Shown piece by piece: positions 19,753 to 29,287 of a DNA stretch of 64,000 nucleotides; within the stretch, counting starts at the first letter, position 1, and every line of letters begins with the position of its first letter. Source of the stretch: Candidatus Melainabacteria bacterium 17Bon1m. Its GTDB lineage: Bacteria; Cyanobacteriota; Vampirovibrionia; Obscuribacterales; Obscuribacteraceae. The stretch covers positions 193,008 through 257,007 of the forward strand of contig JAVLKG010000003.1 in the NCBI GenBank assembly GCA_032128875.1, read 5' to 3'. The position numbers and the translations under genes were made by a program. The notes beneath the pieces are model-generated. The model saw only the letters and a program-made list of their open reading frames with translations, was not told where the DNA came from and searched no databases.

Positions 19753-20127
19753 ATGGATTTTTATTACATCTTCGCTGGAAGCCCAAATACACCCCAAAGA
19801 GTTTTGACCCGTCTGGCATTGAGCGGACAACAAAAAGTCCGTGGCCGAATTGCCGAAAACCGAGAGACTCCGGCAGATATTTTGCAAGTGCTGGCTGGTG
19901 ACGAAAATTGGGAAGTACGTGCGTCGGTGGCGACAAATCCGAGAGCACCACACGAGGTTGTCGAAATTCTCTCGCGCGATGAGAATGCCGATGTGCGCTA
20001 TTCGATGGCAGAATGCTATCACATGCCATTCCATGTATTGGATAGACTCGCGCAAGATGAAAATCCATACGTCGCGGAACGTGCGCGAATGACTCTAGAA
20101 GAAATGTTTGTTCGTCTAGCTATTTAA
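19753..20127 (+). CDS. LRV/HEAT-like repeat protein
   Basis: Repeated VR..(I/V)A.N..TP..VL..LA.DEN units. Confidence 0.85.
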   Translation: MDFYYIFAGSPNTPQRVLTRLALSGQQKVRGRIAENRETPADILQVLAGDENWEVRASVATNPRAPHEVVEILSRDENADVRYSMAECYHMPFHVLDRLAQDENPYVAERARMTLEEMFVRLAI

Positions 20128-20167
20128 GAACAGTGTTTCAAGTTTGATTAGCGACAGGCGCAGCTAG

Positions 20168-20206
20168 GGAAGAGAGGAGCGGTGAACTCCTCTCTTTCTT
20201 CTTTTT
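20168..20206 (+). terminator. Rho-independent terminator
   Basis: agagaggag-cggtgaa-ctcctctct followed by ttcttcttttt. Confidence 0.75.
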
Positions 20207-20298
20207 GAATGCGTTTTCAAGGGAGGGCGTTCTCAAAGGGTCGCAATCAGCGAGAGTTTGCGAGTATTATTGAATCTTGTGAATTTACCCTGTGGCTT

Positions 20299-21795
20299 AT
20301 GCAAATAAGAAAATTGTTTTTGCCAAAATGTCGAGCGTCCGCGCCCTCGATTAATGCATCCATTATTCCCGCGTCGACTATTTTGGTTGCTTCTGCTGCT
20401 TTGATTTTTGTACCCGCTCTTTTGTTGTCGGGTAGCGTTCCCGCCCAAGCTCACCAGTTTGCACATTGTTATAAGGTTTTGAAACCACTTGGTGCTCATG
20501 ATGCTGATGCGTCACTTACATCTGCTCGCGCGAAACTCGCGAAGAATCCCAATGACACAAAATCACTGTGGATTGAAGGCATGGTTCTACAGCTACAGTT
20601 GAAACCTATAGAGGCTGAGAGAGCGTTTTTGAAACTGCTCGATGCCGCGAAGAAGCAGAAAGCATCGAAAAAGGAACTCGCCGCCATTTATGGTGAGTTG
20701 AGTATTTTGCAAACGCAGAACGGCCACGGTCAGGATGCGACAGCGTCGTTCAAGAAGTCCTTGGAGTTAGACTCCCAATCAGAGAATTCGCATCTCATCC
20801 GAGGTTGGCAGCTTTGGCAAGAGATGAATAAAGATGCGCTTGCGGAATTCGACGATTACATAGCGATGGCAAAAGATGAAGATAGTTACGTCTCCAAGGC
20901 GCACTATTTATTCCAGATTGGGCGCAGAGAGGAGGGTTTCAAGCTCCTCGCGGAAGCGGATAAGAAGTTTCCCGATTCGCCATTCTTGAATTTCGAGCGC
21001 GCGTACATGTGTTTGATGCGCAATGATCTCATTGGCGCGGAAAAGTACGCAGACATGGCGCAGAAAAAACTTCGCATAGGCGGCTACATCTACGGCGATA
21101 TTGCGACACAGTACAAGCGCCAAGGCGATATCGAGAAGCAGCTGAGTGCCCTTCGCAAAATGGGAGTTTATTGGCCGCGTCCCGAAACCTACAGCGTCCT
21201 CGCACTCTATTTGCAACAGCGCGGAAAAATCGATGAAGCTGCAAAAGCACTCGATAAGGCGCATGAACTCTACCCTTCTATAGAAGAGTATGTGGATCGA
21301 AAATGCAAAATGTATCGAATGGCTGGTCGCTGGAAGGAAGCATTAGCGGTTGCACAGTACAAAGTCGAGAAGTTTCCAAAAACTACACACAGCTATATTG
21401 CGCGCGGGCTCTGCTATGAAGCACTGGGCGAATACAAGAAAGCCGTCGAAGATTTTGATCGTGGAATAGCTAAGAATGCAAACTGGCGCGAGGTCGTTAA
21501 TCGCGCGAAGTGCAATTTGATTTTGAAAAACTACAAACGAGTGCTGGATGATGCGAATGCAATGATTGCTAATCATCCTGGTCACATCACAGGGATTCAA
21601 TTGAAGGCGCGCGCCTATATGGGGATGGGCAAGTTGAATGAGGCTTTGGCTGAAGCAGATACTTTGTCAAAGATGAGCGCCGACAACGTTGAGTTTATTA
21701 AGTTGCGGGCGGAGGTTCTCCAGAAAATGGGGAGGACCAAAGAGGCAAGCGCAGAATTAGCGAAAATCAAAAAGATTAAGGCCGCATATGAGTAA
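20299..21795 (+). CDS. Exported TPR repeat protein
   Basis: Hydrophobic signal ending PAQA, many TPR units such as RGLCYEALGEYKKAVEDFD; start uncertain. Confidence 0.88.
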   Translation: MQIRKLFLPKCRASAPSINASIIPASTILVASAALIFVPALLLSGSVPAQAHQFAHCYKVLKPLGAHDADASLTSARAKLAKNPNDTKSLWIEGMVLQLQLKPIEAERAFLKLLDAAKKQKASKKELAAIYGELSILQTQNGHGQDATASFKKSLELDSQSENSHLIRGWQLWQEMNKDALAEFDDYIAMAKDEDSYVSKAHYLFQIGRREEGFKLLAEADKKFPDSPFLNFERAYMCLMRNDLIGAEKYADMAQKKLRIGGYIYGDIATQYKRQGDIEKQLSALRKMGVYWPRPETYSVLALYLQQRGKIDEAAKALDKAHELYPSIEEYVDRKCKMYRMAGRWKEALAVAQYKVEKFPKTTHSYIARGLCYEALGEYKKAVEDFDRGIAKNANWREVVNRAKCNLILKNYKRVLDDANAMIANHPGHITGIQLKARAYMGMGKLNEALAEADTLSKMSADNVEFIKLRAEVLQKMGRTKEASAELAKIKKIKAAYE

Positions 21796-21928
21796 CATTT
21801 CCGTAATTGGCTCGAGTGTCAGCCTGTTTGGGTTTGCGAGAAAATGAAAGGTTAGATTAGATTTGTATCTGATCGGCAACTTCTCGAGGTTCCCGCAGTC
21901 TCTAGCTTCGTAGACTGACAGGTGCAAC

Positions 21929-22348
21929 ATGCAAAAAGATCCCGCTCAGGCGAGCGAGAAAGACGAGGTTAGCGGGGAGAGGCCCCTTGTGCTGATCATC
22001 GATGACCAGCCGGAGTATGCGCGTTTGTTCGAACTCATTTCCGACAGCCTGGGAATTAGATCATATATAGTGAATAGCTGTGCGGAAGGTTTGAAAGCCC
22101 TTGAAACCGTCAAAGTGGACATCATCTTGATGGACTGGTTGATGCCGGACACTGATGGACCGGAGTGCGCCTGCAAGATACGTAAAATCGAGGAGACTGC
22201 TGGCGGACGTGTACCGATCATTGGCGTCAGCGGGTATGTGAAGGCGACTCGCCAGGAGTGTCTAAACGCAGGTATGGACGATTACCTGGCGATTCCCTTT
22301 ACGATGGAACAGCTACAGGCAACGCTGTCTAAGTGGTTGAAGCGATAG
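21929..22348 (+). CDS. Single-domain response regulator
   Basis: IIDDQ, ILMDWLMP, AGMDDYL; usual Lys-Pro replaced by Ile-Pro. Confidence 0.88.
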   Translation: MQKDPAQASEKDEVSGERPLVLIIDDQPEYARLFELISDSLGIRSYIVNSCAEGLKALETVKVDIILMDWLMPDTDGPECACKIRKIEETAGGRVPIIGVSGYVKATRQECLNAGMDDYLAIPFTMEQLQATLSKWLKR

Positions 22349-23440
22349 TTACTCACTTTGCGATTTATCAATGTCGGGAGGGAACTTTAACGGAACGCCA
22401 ACTTGTTTCTTGCGGAATTCAGGAGGGGGGCTTGTTGGATTTTTCTTGCGAGTATTGTTGATTTCGGCAGGGAAGTTTCTTTGCGCGGACCTGACGGACT
22501 TATTCCAGTTTGCGCCAGCGCCCAGCTCTTCTAGCTTAACTTCAAGTTCGGTAGCTTTAGTTTCTTCGCCCAGCTGTTCGTACGCGTGCATTTTTACTTG
22601 AAGCACTTGGATCTGGTCTCCCTTATTCAAGCTTTTGGTATTGATGACCTCAATTGCTTTCAAGGCCTCAGTTGGCTCTCTTAGGGCAAGATTCGATTTT
22701 GCGAACAAAATCCTAGCTTGCGTTTGGAATTCTGTGTCCACTTCCGGTGGACCAAATTTTCCGGCAACCGCAATCTCAAAGTTTTTCCGTGCTTCTAGAT
22801 TTCGACGTTTTGCATCCGCCGCATTGAGAGAGAGTTCTGCCGCCTGTGCTGTTTGCAAATAGGCCAACCCGATCTTTAGTCTTGAAACCAAACTGTTTGG
22901 ATTACTCGCTCTTTCTCTTTCAAGATCGATGAGGGCTATGTCCATATGTTTGATCGCATCAGCGTAGTTTCTTGCCATATAACAGTCGTATGCACAATGC
23001 GATTGTGCTTCTGTGCGTGCGCTTATTAAAGGTAGATCGTTCGGCGTTAAGTTTGCTGCTCTGTCAAGATCTGAAGCTGCGTCCGCGTACTGCTTAAGGG
23101 ATAAGTAAGTTAGACCTCTTTGTTTGTGTCCACGAGCACTATCAGAGTTTATAGCAATCGCCTTTGTGTAGCACTGGATAGCCTCTGCATCGCGGTGCAT
23201 TTCTCTAAGCAGTTTGCCCTTTTTCATTAAGGCTTGAAAGTCCTTCGGATCGGACTTCAGCGTTTCTTCCAGTACGCGAAGAGATTTAGCCTTCGCGGCA
23301 GAGTCATCGCCTTTGCCACGGAAGAAAATGAATTCGGATGGTGTGTCTGGGTCTGCAGTTAATGGATTGGCTGAGGAGCGTTGTACGGTCGCAATGGCAC
23401 AAAGCGCAGCGATGGCAGCAGTGATTCGCCGAATGCGCAT
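22349..23440 (-). CDS. Exported TPR repeat protein
   Basis: Signal peptide; EAIQCYTKAI and RGLTYLSLKQYADA TPR units. Confidence 0.85.
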   Translation of the reverse strand: MRIRRITAAIAALCAIATVQRSSANPLTADPDTPSEFIFFRGKGDDSAAKAKSLRVLEETLKSDPKDFQALMKKGKLLREMHRDAEAIQCYTKAIAINSDSARGHKQRGLTYLSLKQYADAASDLDRAANLTPNDLPLISARTEAQSHCAYDCYMARNYADAIKHMDIALIDLERERASNPNSLVSRLKIGLAYLQTAQAAELSLNAADAKRRNLEARKNFEIAVAGKFGPPEVDTEFQTQARILFAKSNLALREPTEALKAIEVINTKSLNKGDQIQVLQVKMHAYEQLGEETKATELEVKLEELGAGANWNKSVRSAQRNFPAEINNTRKKNPTSPPPEFRKKQVGVPLKFPPDIDKSQSE

Positions 23441-23466
23441 TGCAAAACGCGGCTCCTTTGCGTGGT

Positions 23467-24081
23467 CTAAGCCGGTGACTGTTTCTTCAATGCGGCAAGT
23501 TCGGCTTGCGCTGCGTCGGCTTCAGCCGCGAGTCCGTTAGCGCGTAAAACACCATCGTAAGTCGTGTAAACCATTTTTCGAGTGATAGGCTCGGCTGTTT
23601 TAGACCATTCCAGCACTTCGGCGAACATCAAACGGCATTTGTCCAAGTCTTTGACGTGCATTCCGTACATCTTCGCCAGATTCATCAGGCTCATCTTATA
23701 CTCGAATGAGTCCTGTCCATGTTTGGCGTGCATTTGCTGGGCGTCGGTGGTGAGTGCCTGTTCTAGCTCCGGAAGGCGTTGCTGCTTAACGAGCAAGCGC
23801 TCGAGGTCATTGAACGGCGAGACGGGCTCACGCGCGAGTCGGTCTGAGAATTGCCAGCGCAGTTGCAGAGCCTCTTTCAGCAGTTGCTCGCATTCTGCAA
23901 ATTCATCCAGCAACCTGAGCAGCCCTGCCAGCGCGCATTGACTGTAGTAAGCGTTGGACGGGTCGCTGCGCTGCATCGCATCTGCCAGCGCCTGCCGGTA
24001 GCAATCTTTCGCTTCGGCATAACGCCCGCCGCGTGCCGCTGATTCGGCATTAGCTGTCAGCGTCGACCAATTTTCGCCCAT
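23467..24081 (-). CDS. TPR-like protein
   Basis: GRYAEAKDCYRQAL and further helical repeats; GGGG SD. Confidence 0.8.
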   Translation of the reverse strand: MGENWSTLTANAESAARGGRYAEAKDCYRQALADAMQRSDPSNAYYSQCALAGLLRLLDEFAECEQLLKEALQLRWQFSDRLAREPVSPFNDLERLLVKQQRLPELEQALTTDAQQMHAKHGQDSFEYKMSLMNLAKMYGMHVKDLDKCRLMFAEVLEWSKTAEPITRKMVYTTYDGVLRANGLAAEADAAQAELAALKKQSPA

Positions 24082-24291
24082 AACGTTTCCCCCACTGGAA
24101 TCGTACTTTTGTCTTATGCCCGGTTATACCAAAGCCTGTTATGAAAGTGCGTACCTTTTTACATTGGAGCCGATACTTCTGAAGGCTCCATTTGGTAGAC
24201 AATTGTATTAGCAGAATTTGGAACTAAGCGGCGCCTCCTGCGTCTTCACTTCACCGTGGACAGTCGGGCAAACTCGTGGGCGGATAGTATC

Positions 24292-24807
24292 ATGCAAAAT
24301 AAGTCAATTCAAGAAGCAGCGGATGAGTTACTCTACGAGTCGGCGAAGTCGTCCGACCTGTTGATGCGCTTACGAAATGGTGTCGGTGATTTCGTGAAAG
24401 CAAAGCGCGCATATGTGGACACTGATGAGCTGCGCGAAACATATTTAGCTGGATTGGAACAGCTTTTGGCTGAGGGCAAAATTCAGCAGACGTTGGGATC
24501 GCGCGACATGACAGTGTTTCGTGTGACAGACGAAGGAAAGCGAAACAGAGTCACCTTCGAAATGGCGCGGACCACTTTGCTAGAAGCAGTAAAAGCAGAT
24601 GGGTTCATCGCCAAAGTGCATAGCCCTGACGGTGAGTATCTGCAGAGCGGAACCCAGGTCTATTCCGATGTAGACGAGGAGCGCATTCTGTATTTGGAAG
24701 CTTTCTGCGACCTGTTGCATCACGGATATGTGTTACCGACAAGCGAAACGAAAGAAATGTCGCTTTATTCATACGCAAATAAAAGTCCATTGAAGCGCGC
24801 GATATAG
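24292..24807 (+). CDS. Hypothetical protein with an apparent two-fold internal repeat
   Basis: YVDTDELRETYLAGLEQLLAEG versus YSDVDEERILYLEAFCDLLHHG. Confidence 0.75.
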   Translation: MQNKSIQEAADELLYESAKSSDLLMRLRNGVGDFVKAKRAYVDTDELRETYLAGLEQLLAEGKIQQTLGSRDMTVFRVTDEGKRNRVTFEMARTTLLEAVKADGFIAKVHSPDGEYLQSGTQVYSDVDEERILYLEAFCDLLHHGYVLPTSETKEMSLYSYANKSPLKRAI

Positions 24808-24815
24808 TTTGTTTC

Positions 24816-24868
24816 GTAGGGGCGGCATACATGCCGCCATGCCAGGGAGCCGCATGCGGCTCCCTTAC
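24816..24868. repeat. GTAG-type REP doublet
   Basis: gtaggggcggcatacatgccgcc and agggagccgcatgcggctcccttac. Confidence 0.8.
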
Positions 24869-24922
24869 TCAAGCTTTGAGAGATCGGCTAAAATACGGTT
24901 TTCCGACAGAGGGTATTTGTGT

Positions 24923-25387
24923 TTGCTAAAACCAGATTATTCGAATGATTGCGTGTTGGTGGATCTTGATGGCACGCTAGCCGATTGCGGGCATCGAATG
25001 CACTTCATTGAAAGAAGTCCAAAAAATTGGAAAGGTTTTCTCGATCCTTTTCTGGTAGCTGAAGATCCGCTGATAGAGCCTGTTGCACGGGTTGTGCGCA
25101 CATTGGGCGAGAAGTACCCGATTATTTATGTTTCTGGTCGAACCATAGACCTTTACGACACAACCAAGACATGGCTTACCAAACACGGATTTTGGACACA
25201 CCCGTTCTTGCTGTTTATGCGTCCAGCTAAAGACTTTCGCAGTGACGTCATTGTCAAACGCGAGCTGCTAAAGAAAATTCGCAAAGAATGGAATCCTTGG
25301 CTGGCAATTGATGATCGGACCGGTGTCGTTAAGATGTGGCGTGATGAAGGGATTACGTGCTTTCAAGTCAGTGATGAAACTGATTGA
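24923..25387 (+). CDS. HAD-family phosphatase resembling the 3'-phosphatase domain of T4 polynucleotide kinase
   Basis: DLDGTL, SGR, MRPAKDFRSD..VK, IDDR..VVKMWR.GITCFQV; TTG start after GAGGG (24917 or 24923). Confidence 0.85.
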   Translation: MLKPDYSNDCVLVDLDGTLADCGHRMHFIERSPKNWKGFLDPFLVAEDPLIEPVARVVRTLGEKYPIIYVSGRTIDLYDTTKTWLTKHGFWTHPFLLFMRPAKDFRSDVIVKRELLKKIRKEWNPWLAIDDRTGVVKMWRDEGITCFQVSDETD

Positions 25388-26880
25388 TTTCGCTCGTTTT
25401 TTGATTCGCTATCAGCAGGCTTAGCGCTTTCGCCTATCGGAATACGAAACCAAAATGTGCTTCCTTGCCCGTCTTTGCTAGTGGCGCCTATGGTGCCTCC
25501 GTGTGCTTCAACCAGTGCTTTGCAAATCGTCAACCCCAGTCCGCTTCCCTTCTTTTCTGCCTCGTTTTTACCGTCAACCTGATGGTAGCGTTCGAAGATT
25601 TTTACTTCTTCGCCCGCGGGCATTCCACGACCTTGATCTTTTACTTCGAACAGAATTTTGTTGCCTTCGACCGAAGTGGCGATAACAACTTTCGAATCGT
25701 CCGGGGAGAACTTTATCGCGTTTGATAGCAAATTGGTTATCACCCTGATAATCCGCTCTTCATCGCAATGCACGTCGATATTCGCTGGTCTGGCTTCGAT
25801 TGTAATTTTGCGAGCATCCGCGCTGTGTTGAATCAACTCGGTTGCTTGAGAGATCATCGATGCATCTTCGACCTCTTGAATGTCCAAGTTGAATCTGCCG
25901 GATTCTATTTTGTCGATGTCTAACAAATCGTTGATCAGCTGTATGAGTTTTCCCACTGATGAATCCGCGCGACTTAGCATGTTGCGTGCTTTTTCGCTCG
26001 AATTGTCCATTGATCCACTGGCTAACAAATTGAGAGTCAATTGCAACGACGTCAATGGTGAACGCAAATCATGCGTTATCATCGCCAGTACTTCTTGCTT
26101 CGAACGCTCTGCTTCCTGTAAGGCGCTAGAGACGGCGTGCACTACGTCATCCAGCATGGCTAGTTCATCTACGCCATCTAGGTGTTCTGGTATATTCTTG
26201 CCGGCTCCGAGGCTGACAATGTTTTTCGAAAGAGTATTGAAGCGCTTGGTTGTTCGATTGTTGAAGTACAAGAGCAAGCCCACGACAAGGGCAATGTTGA
26301 TTGTCAGTCCGCCATACACAATGCTGTTGACCCAAACCCGAAGTTCGGTTTCTCTCTTTTGATGCATAACGGATTTCGCTTCTTGCCTTTCAAGAAACTC
26401 GTCGTTGACTTTGTATAATCCGCGCGCTTGTTTTGAAATCTGTAGTACGGCAAACTTTTTTCCCTCTTCGTCAGAAGAATCAAAAATGTTTTGCACGTCT
26501 TTGAACAGCTTAAATGCTTGATCGAAGTTCTTCAGCATTTCATTGACTTCAAGTTGATCTTTAGCGTCGACCGGTATGCTTCTGAGTTCTTCTGCGCGCC
26601 TGGTGAGGTCTACCAAATCAGAATCGAAGCTACGCTTGAAAGCTTCATCCTTGTTGAACTGATACAAGCCCATGTGCGTCGCGAGACGCAAAAGAGTCGA
26701 GATAAGCCCATTACCGGCGGAGACCAATTTCTTCGAGCGCGCTTCTTCCTCGAGTTGCATCTCGAGCCTGTGATGCGCATATGCGAGCGTGCCAACGAAA
26801 GCGAGCTGAAATGCGAGCGCAATGCCGATGACCGCTGTCATTTGTTGGCTGAGGCTAAGTTTGCTCGGAGTGAAGCGCAT
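25363..26880 (-). CDS. Membrane sensor histidine kinase (CHASE3/HAMP-like input)
   Basis: Two TMs, THDLRSPL, NLLSNAIKF, GSGLGL. Confidence 0.93.
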   Translation of the reverse strand: MRFTPSKLSLSQQMTAVIGIALAFQLAFVGTLAYAHHRLEMQLEEEARSKKLVSAGNGLISTLLRLATHMGLYQFNKDEAFKRSFDSDLVDLTRRAEELRSIPVDAKDQLEVNEMLKNFDQAFKLFKDVQNIFDSSDEEGKKFAVLQISKQARGLYKVNDEFLERQEAKSVMHQKRETELRVWVNSIVYGGLTINIALVVGLLLYFNNRTTKRFNTLSKNIVSLGAGKNIPEHLDGVDELAMLDDVVHAVSSALQEAERSKQEVLAMITHDLRSPLTSLQLTLNLLASGSMDNSSEKARNMLSRADSSVGKLIQLINDLLDIDKIESGRFNLDIQEVEDASMISQATELIQHSADARKITIEARPANIDVHCDEERIIRVITNLLSNAIKFSPDDSKVVIATSVEGNKILFEVKDQGRGMPAGEEVKIFERYHQVDGKNEAEKKGSGLGLTICKALVEAHGGTIGATSKDGQGSTFWFRIPIGESAKPADSESKNERNQSVSSLT

Positions 26881-27043
26881 GCTGATTTGGGAGTTGCCTT
26901 TCTGGTTTTTGTGATTAAGTTAGAAAATCACTCGAATCTATGTCAAGGGGCGCCGCAGGGGCTCTTCGATATTATTGTGATTTGCCGGTTGGCTCTGTGT
27001 AAGTGTGGGAAGATAATTTTGGCGGGGAGAAATAGCGTAACGA

Positions 27044-27724
27044 ATGTCCAAAATTTTACTAGTCGAAGACGACGAACTTGTACTGGAGGCTGTTGCCGAC
27101 ACTCTGGAGACCAATAATTTTGTGGTCGAAAAGGTGCGAGACGGGCAGGAGGCCGCAGACCGCCTCAAGCTATATTCCTACGATTTGGCTATTTTAGACA
27201 TCGGACTGCCCAAGATTAACGGCATAGACGTCTGTCGAAACTACCGGGCAACAGGCGGAATCACGCCAATACTCATGCTTACGGGAAAAGGCGATATTGA
27301 AGATCGCGTGCAAGGGCTAGACTCAGGCGCTGATGATTATCTGCCTAAGCCTTTCCATATGCGCGAGCTCATCGCGCGTGTACGCACACTTTTGCGACGT
27401 CCAGTTGGATTAGTTGCAGATGTTTTGACAGTTCGCGATATCACTCTCAATCCTGCGACCGGCAAAGCGACAAGAGGCGGCGTGGAAATTGATTTGTTGG
27501 CAAAAGAGTTGGCGCTGATGGAGTTTCTCATGCGTCACAAGGATCAGATTTTCAGTGTAGATGATCTGCTCGACAAAGTTTGGCACTCGGAATCTGAGTC
27601 TTCGGAAGATGCTGTCAGGCAGTGTGTTACACGTGTACGCAAGAAGCTTGACGTTGACGGAAAGCCATCGATAATCACAACTGTCAAAGGCATGGGCTAC
27701 AAGATCGACAGCAGTTCGATCTAG
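27044..27724 (+). CDS. OmpR-family response regulator
   Basis: VEDD, LDIGLP, GADDYLPKPF, TVKGMGY; divergent from the kinase. Confidence 0.95.
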   Translation: MSKILLVEDDELVLEAVADTLETNNFVVEKVRDGQEAADRLKLYSYDLAILDIGLPKINGIDVCRNYRATGGITPILMLTGKGDIEDRVQGLDSGADDYLPKPFHMRELIARVRTLLRRPVGLVADVLTVRDITLNPATGKATRGGVEIDLLAKELALMEFLMRHKDQIFSVDDLLDKVWHSESESSEDAVRQCVTRVRKKLDVDGKPSIITTVKGMGYKIDSSSI

Positions 27725-27808
27725 CATTGTGCTGCAGGTAAAGTTGCGGCAACGCCAGGTTCGTGCGCGTGGTCTGTTCGTGTGAGTAGATGACGCGTCG
27801 TTAGGTCG

Positions 27809-27841
27809 TGTCAACTCCATGTCAGATTGCCGTATTACAAA
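27809..27841 (+). promoter_or_regulatory. TGTCA-N6-TGTCA tandem box with weak -10
   Basis: TGTCA actcca TGTCA + 11 nt + TACAAA. Confidence 0.5.
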
Positions 27842-27891
27842 GAGAGGACAGCGCGCCTCTCTCGGCATACTTTCTGCTCATTGCACAAATA

Positions 27892-28536
27892 ATGTTTCAA
27901 ACAACACCAACCGTTTATTTAACTTCAATTGTTGGTTCGCGCAGTTCTGACGGACAACCAAGTGCTGTTCAATCAGCGGTTGCTGCTGCGCCCACTACCA
28001 AACCATTTGGTGCGGTCGAAAGTTTGAGCGGGCTTTTGATTTCGCTCTGTACGAGCGATTGGGCCGAGTTTTTCTCAATGAAGAAAAAATTGTCGGACTT
28101 TGCAGCGTTGGAAGTATGCACGGAAGCCGCACGTCTGCTTGCCAAAAACTCGCGCAGCTTCAGGTTGTTGGCGGTCATTTCGCACCCTGAATTCTTTTCT
28201 GATTGGGAGGAAGTTGAGGCGAAACATCAAGTGGCTCTGTTCGGTGGACTGGCTGTGCATTCGTTAAATAAGAACATGAAAGAATGTGCTTTCCATCGTG
28301 TGGCAAAGGCTCTTAGAAAAGATTGTCTTTCGCAGCAAAACGTCTCCAAGCCGACGAAGCTGAGACTCAGGGATTGCCACACGCTTATTGGTCAATTCAT
28401 GCACGACTATGCGCTCATAAGCGATGTTAATCGCGCCATTGTATTGGCTGCGCTGGCGGAAGGCGAGCAGTCCGGATGTGGGCATTTGCCGAGCCAGCAA
28501 AGCGTCGCTTTAATGAAGAAATTGGGACGCGTCTGA
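27892..28536 (+). CDS. Hypothetical protein
   Basis: Long ORF with no recognisable motif; start uncertain. Confidence 0.6.
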   Translation: MFQTTPTVYLTSIVGSRSSDGQPSAVQSAVAAAPTTKPFGAVESLSGLLISLCTSDWAEFFSMKKKLSDFAALEVCTEAARLLAKNSRSFRLLAVISHPEFFSDWEEVEAKHQVALFGGLAVHSLNKNMKECAFHRVAKALRKDCLSQQNVSKPTKLRLRDCHTLIGQFMHDYALISDVNRAIVLAALAEGEQSGCGHLPSQQSVALMKKLGRV

Positions 28537-28779
28537 ACGATATTGTCCGAACACGTTTGAGCCTCTAATCAGTGTCCTAATCGATCAGTCTAAAGACTGA
28601 TTTTTGCCCGGGAAAATTTCATCCCTTAAACCCGATTTTTTTTGAAATTCTGAAAAGCCCGTGCGGCGGGAAAACGCTCACTCGGACGAGGGGTAAAGGG
28701 TCTGAGCGGGAATCTGTCAAGGGCGAGAACTGTTTTGTTGGTGACAGTATTTCTGTGAAACCCTGGGTATAAACGATCT

Positions 28780-28798
28780 ACGACAGACGGTCTGTCGT
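28780..28798. promoter_or_regulatory. Perfect 9-1-9 palindrome, candidate operator
   Basis: acgacagac-g-gtctgtcgt just downstream of TATAAA at 28768-28773. Confidence 0.55.
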
Positions 28799-29287
28799 TT
28801 TAGTAACATGTCTTGGTCTAGCCTGCCGGAGCCCTCGAGGTAATGGCAGGCTTTGCCATTTCAGGGGTTATTCTCTAACGATATTTACTAATTTCGCTAT
28901 GCGCGCTGTTAGCGAGTTGGTTCGCCTTGGCGCAATTAATGTTATGAACAACGCGAGTCGGGCCACTGATGCCGGGCTCACCTTATGAGCACTTTTACAC
29001 TGCCATATCGGCGCTCTTGGTATTACTTACCGATTTTTCACTGATGAAAGATGTTGAGAACGGTTAATTGCGCCAGCATTAAATTGAAAATGAATCGGAA
29101 GTGCGACACGTTCGATTTCTGAAAACCCTGAAGTGTGCAAAAGTTAGACGCACAGGCCCCCGCTTTCGTTGATTTGCAGAGACATCATCTGCAAGCCTTT
29201 GGCGTGTTTTTCTTTAGACCGCAAAGGAGTGTCTTCGCGCAAGCAGGCAAGTTTTCCGACTTAACGTCAACTGTGAATGGAGGTCGC

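Noticed and set aside
24809-24922. N-terminal extension of the HAD phosphatase
   Set aside because: It translates a REP doublet; the true start is probably TTG 24917 or 24923
26491-27117. 208-aa plus-strand ORF
   Set aside because: Overlaps both the kinase (antisense) and the regulator start; no motifs
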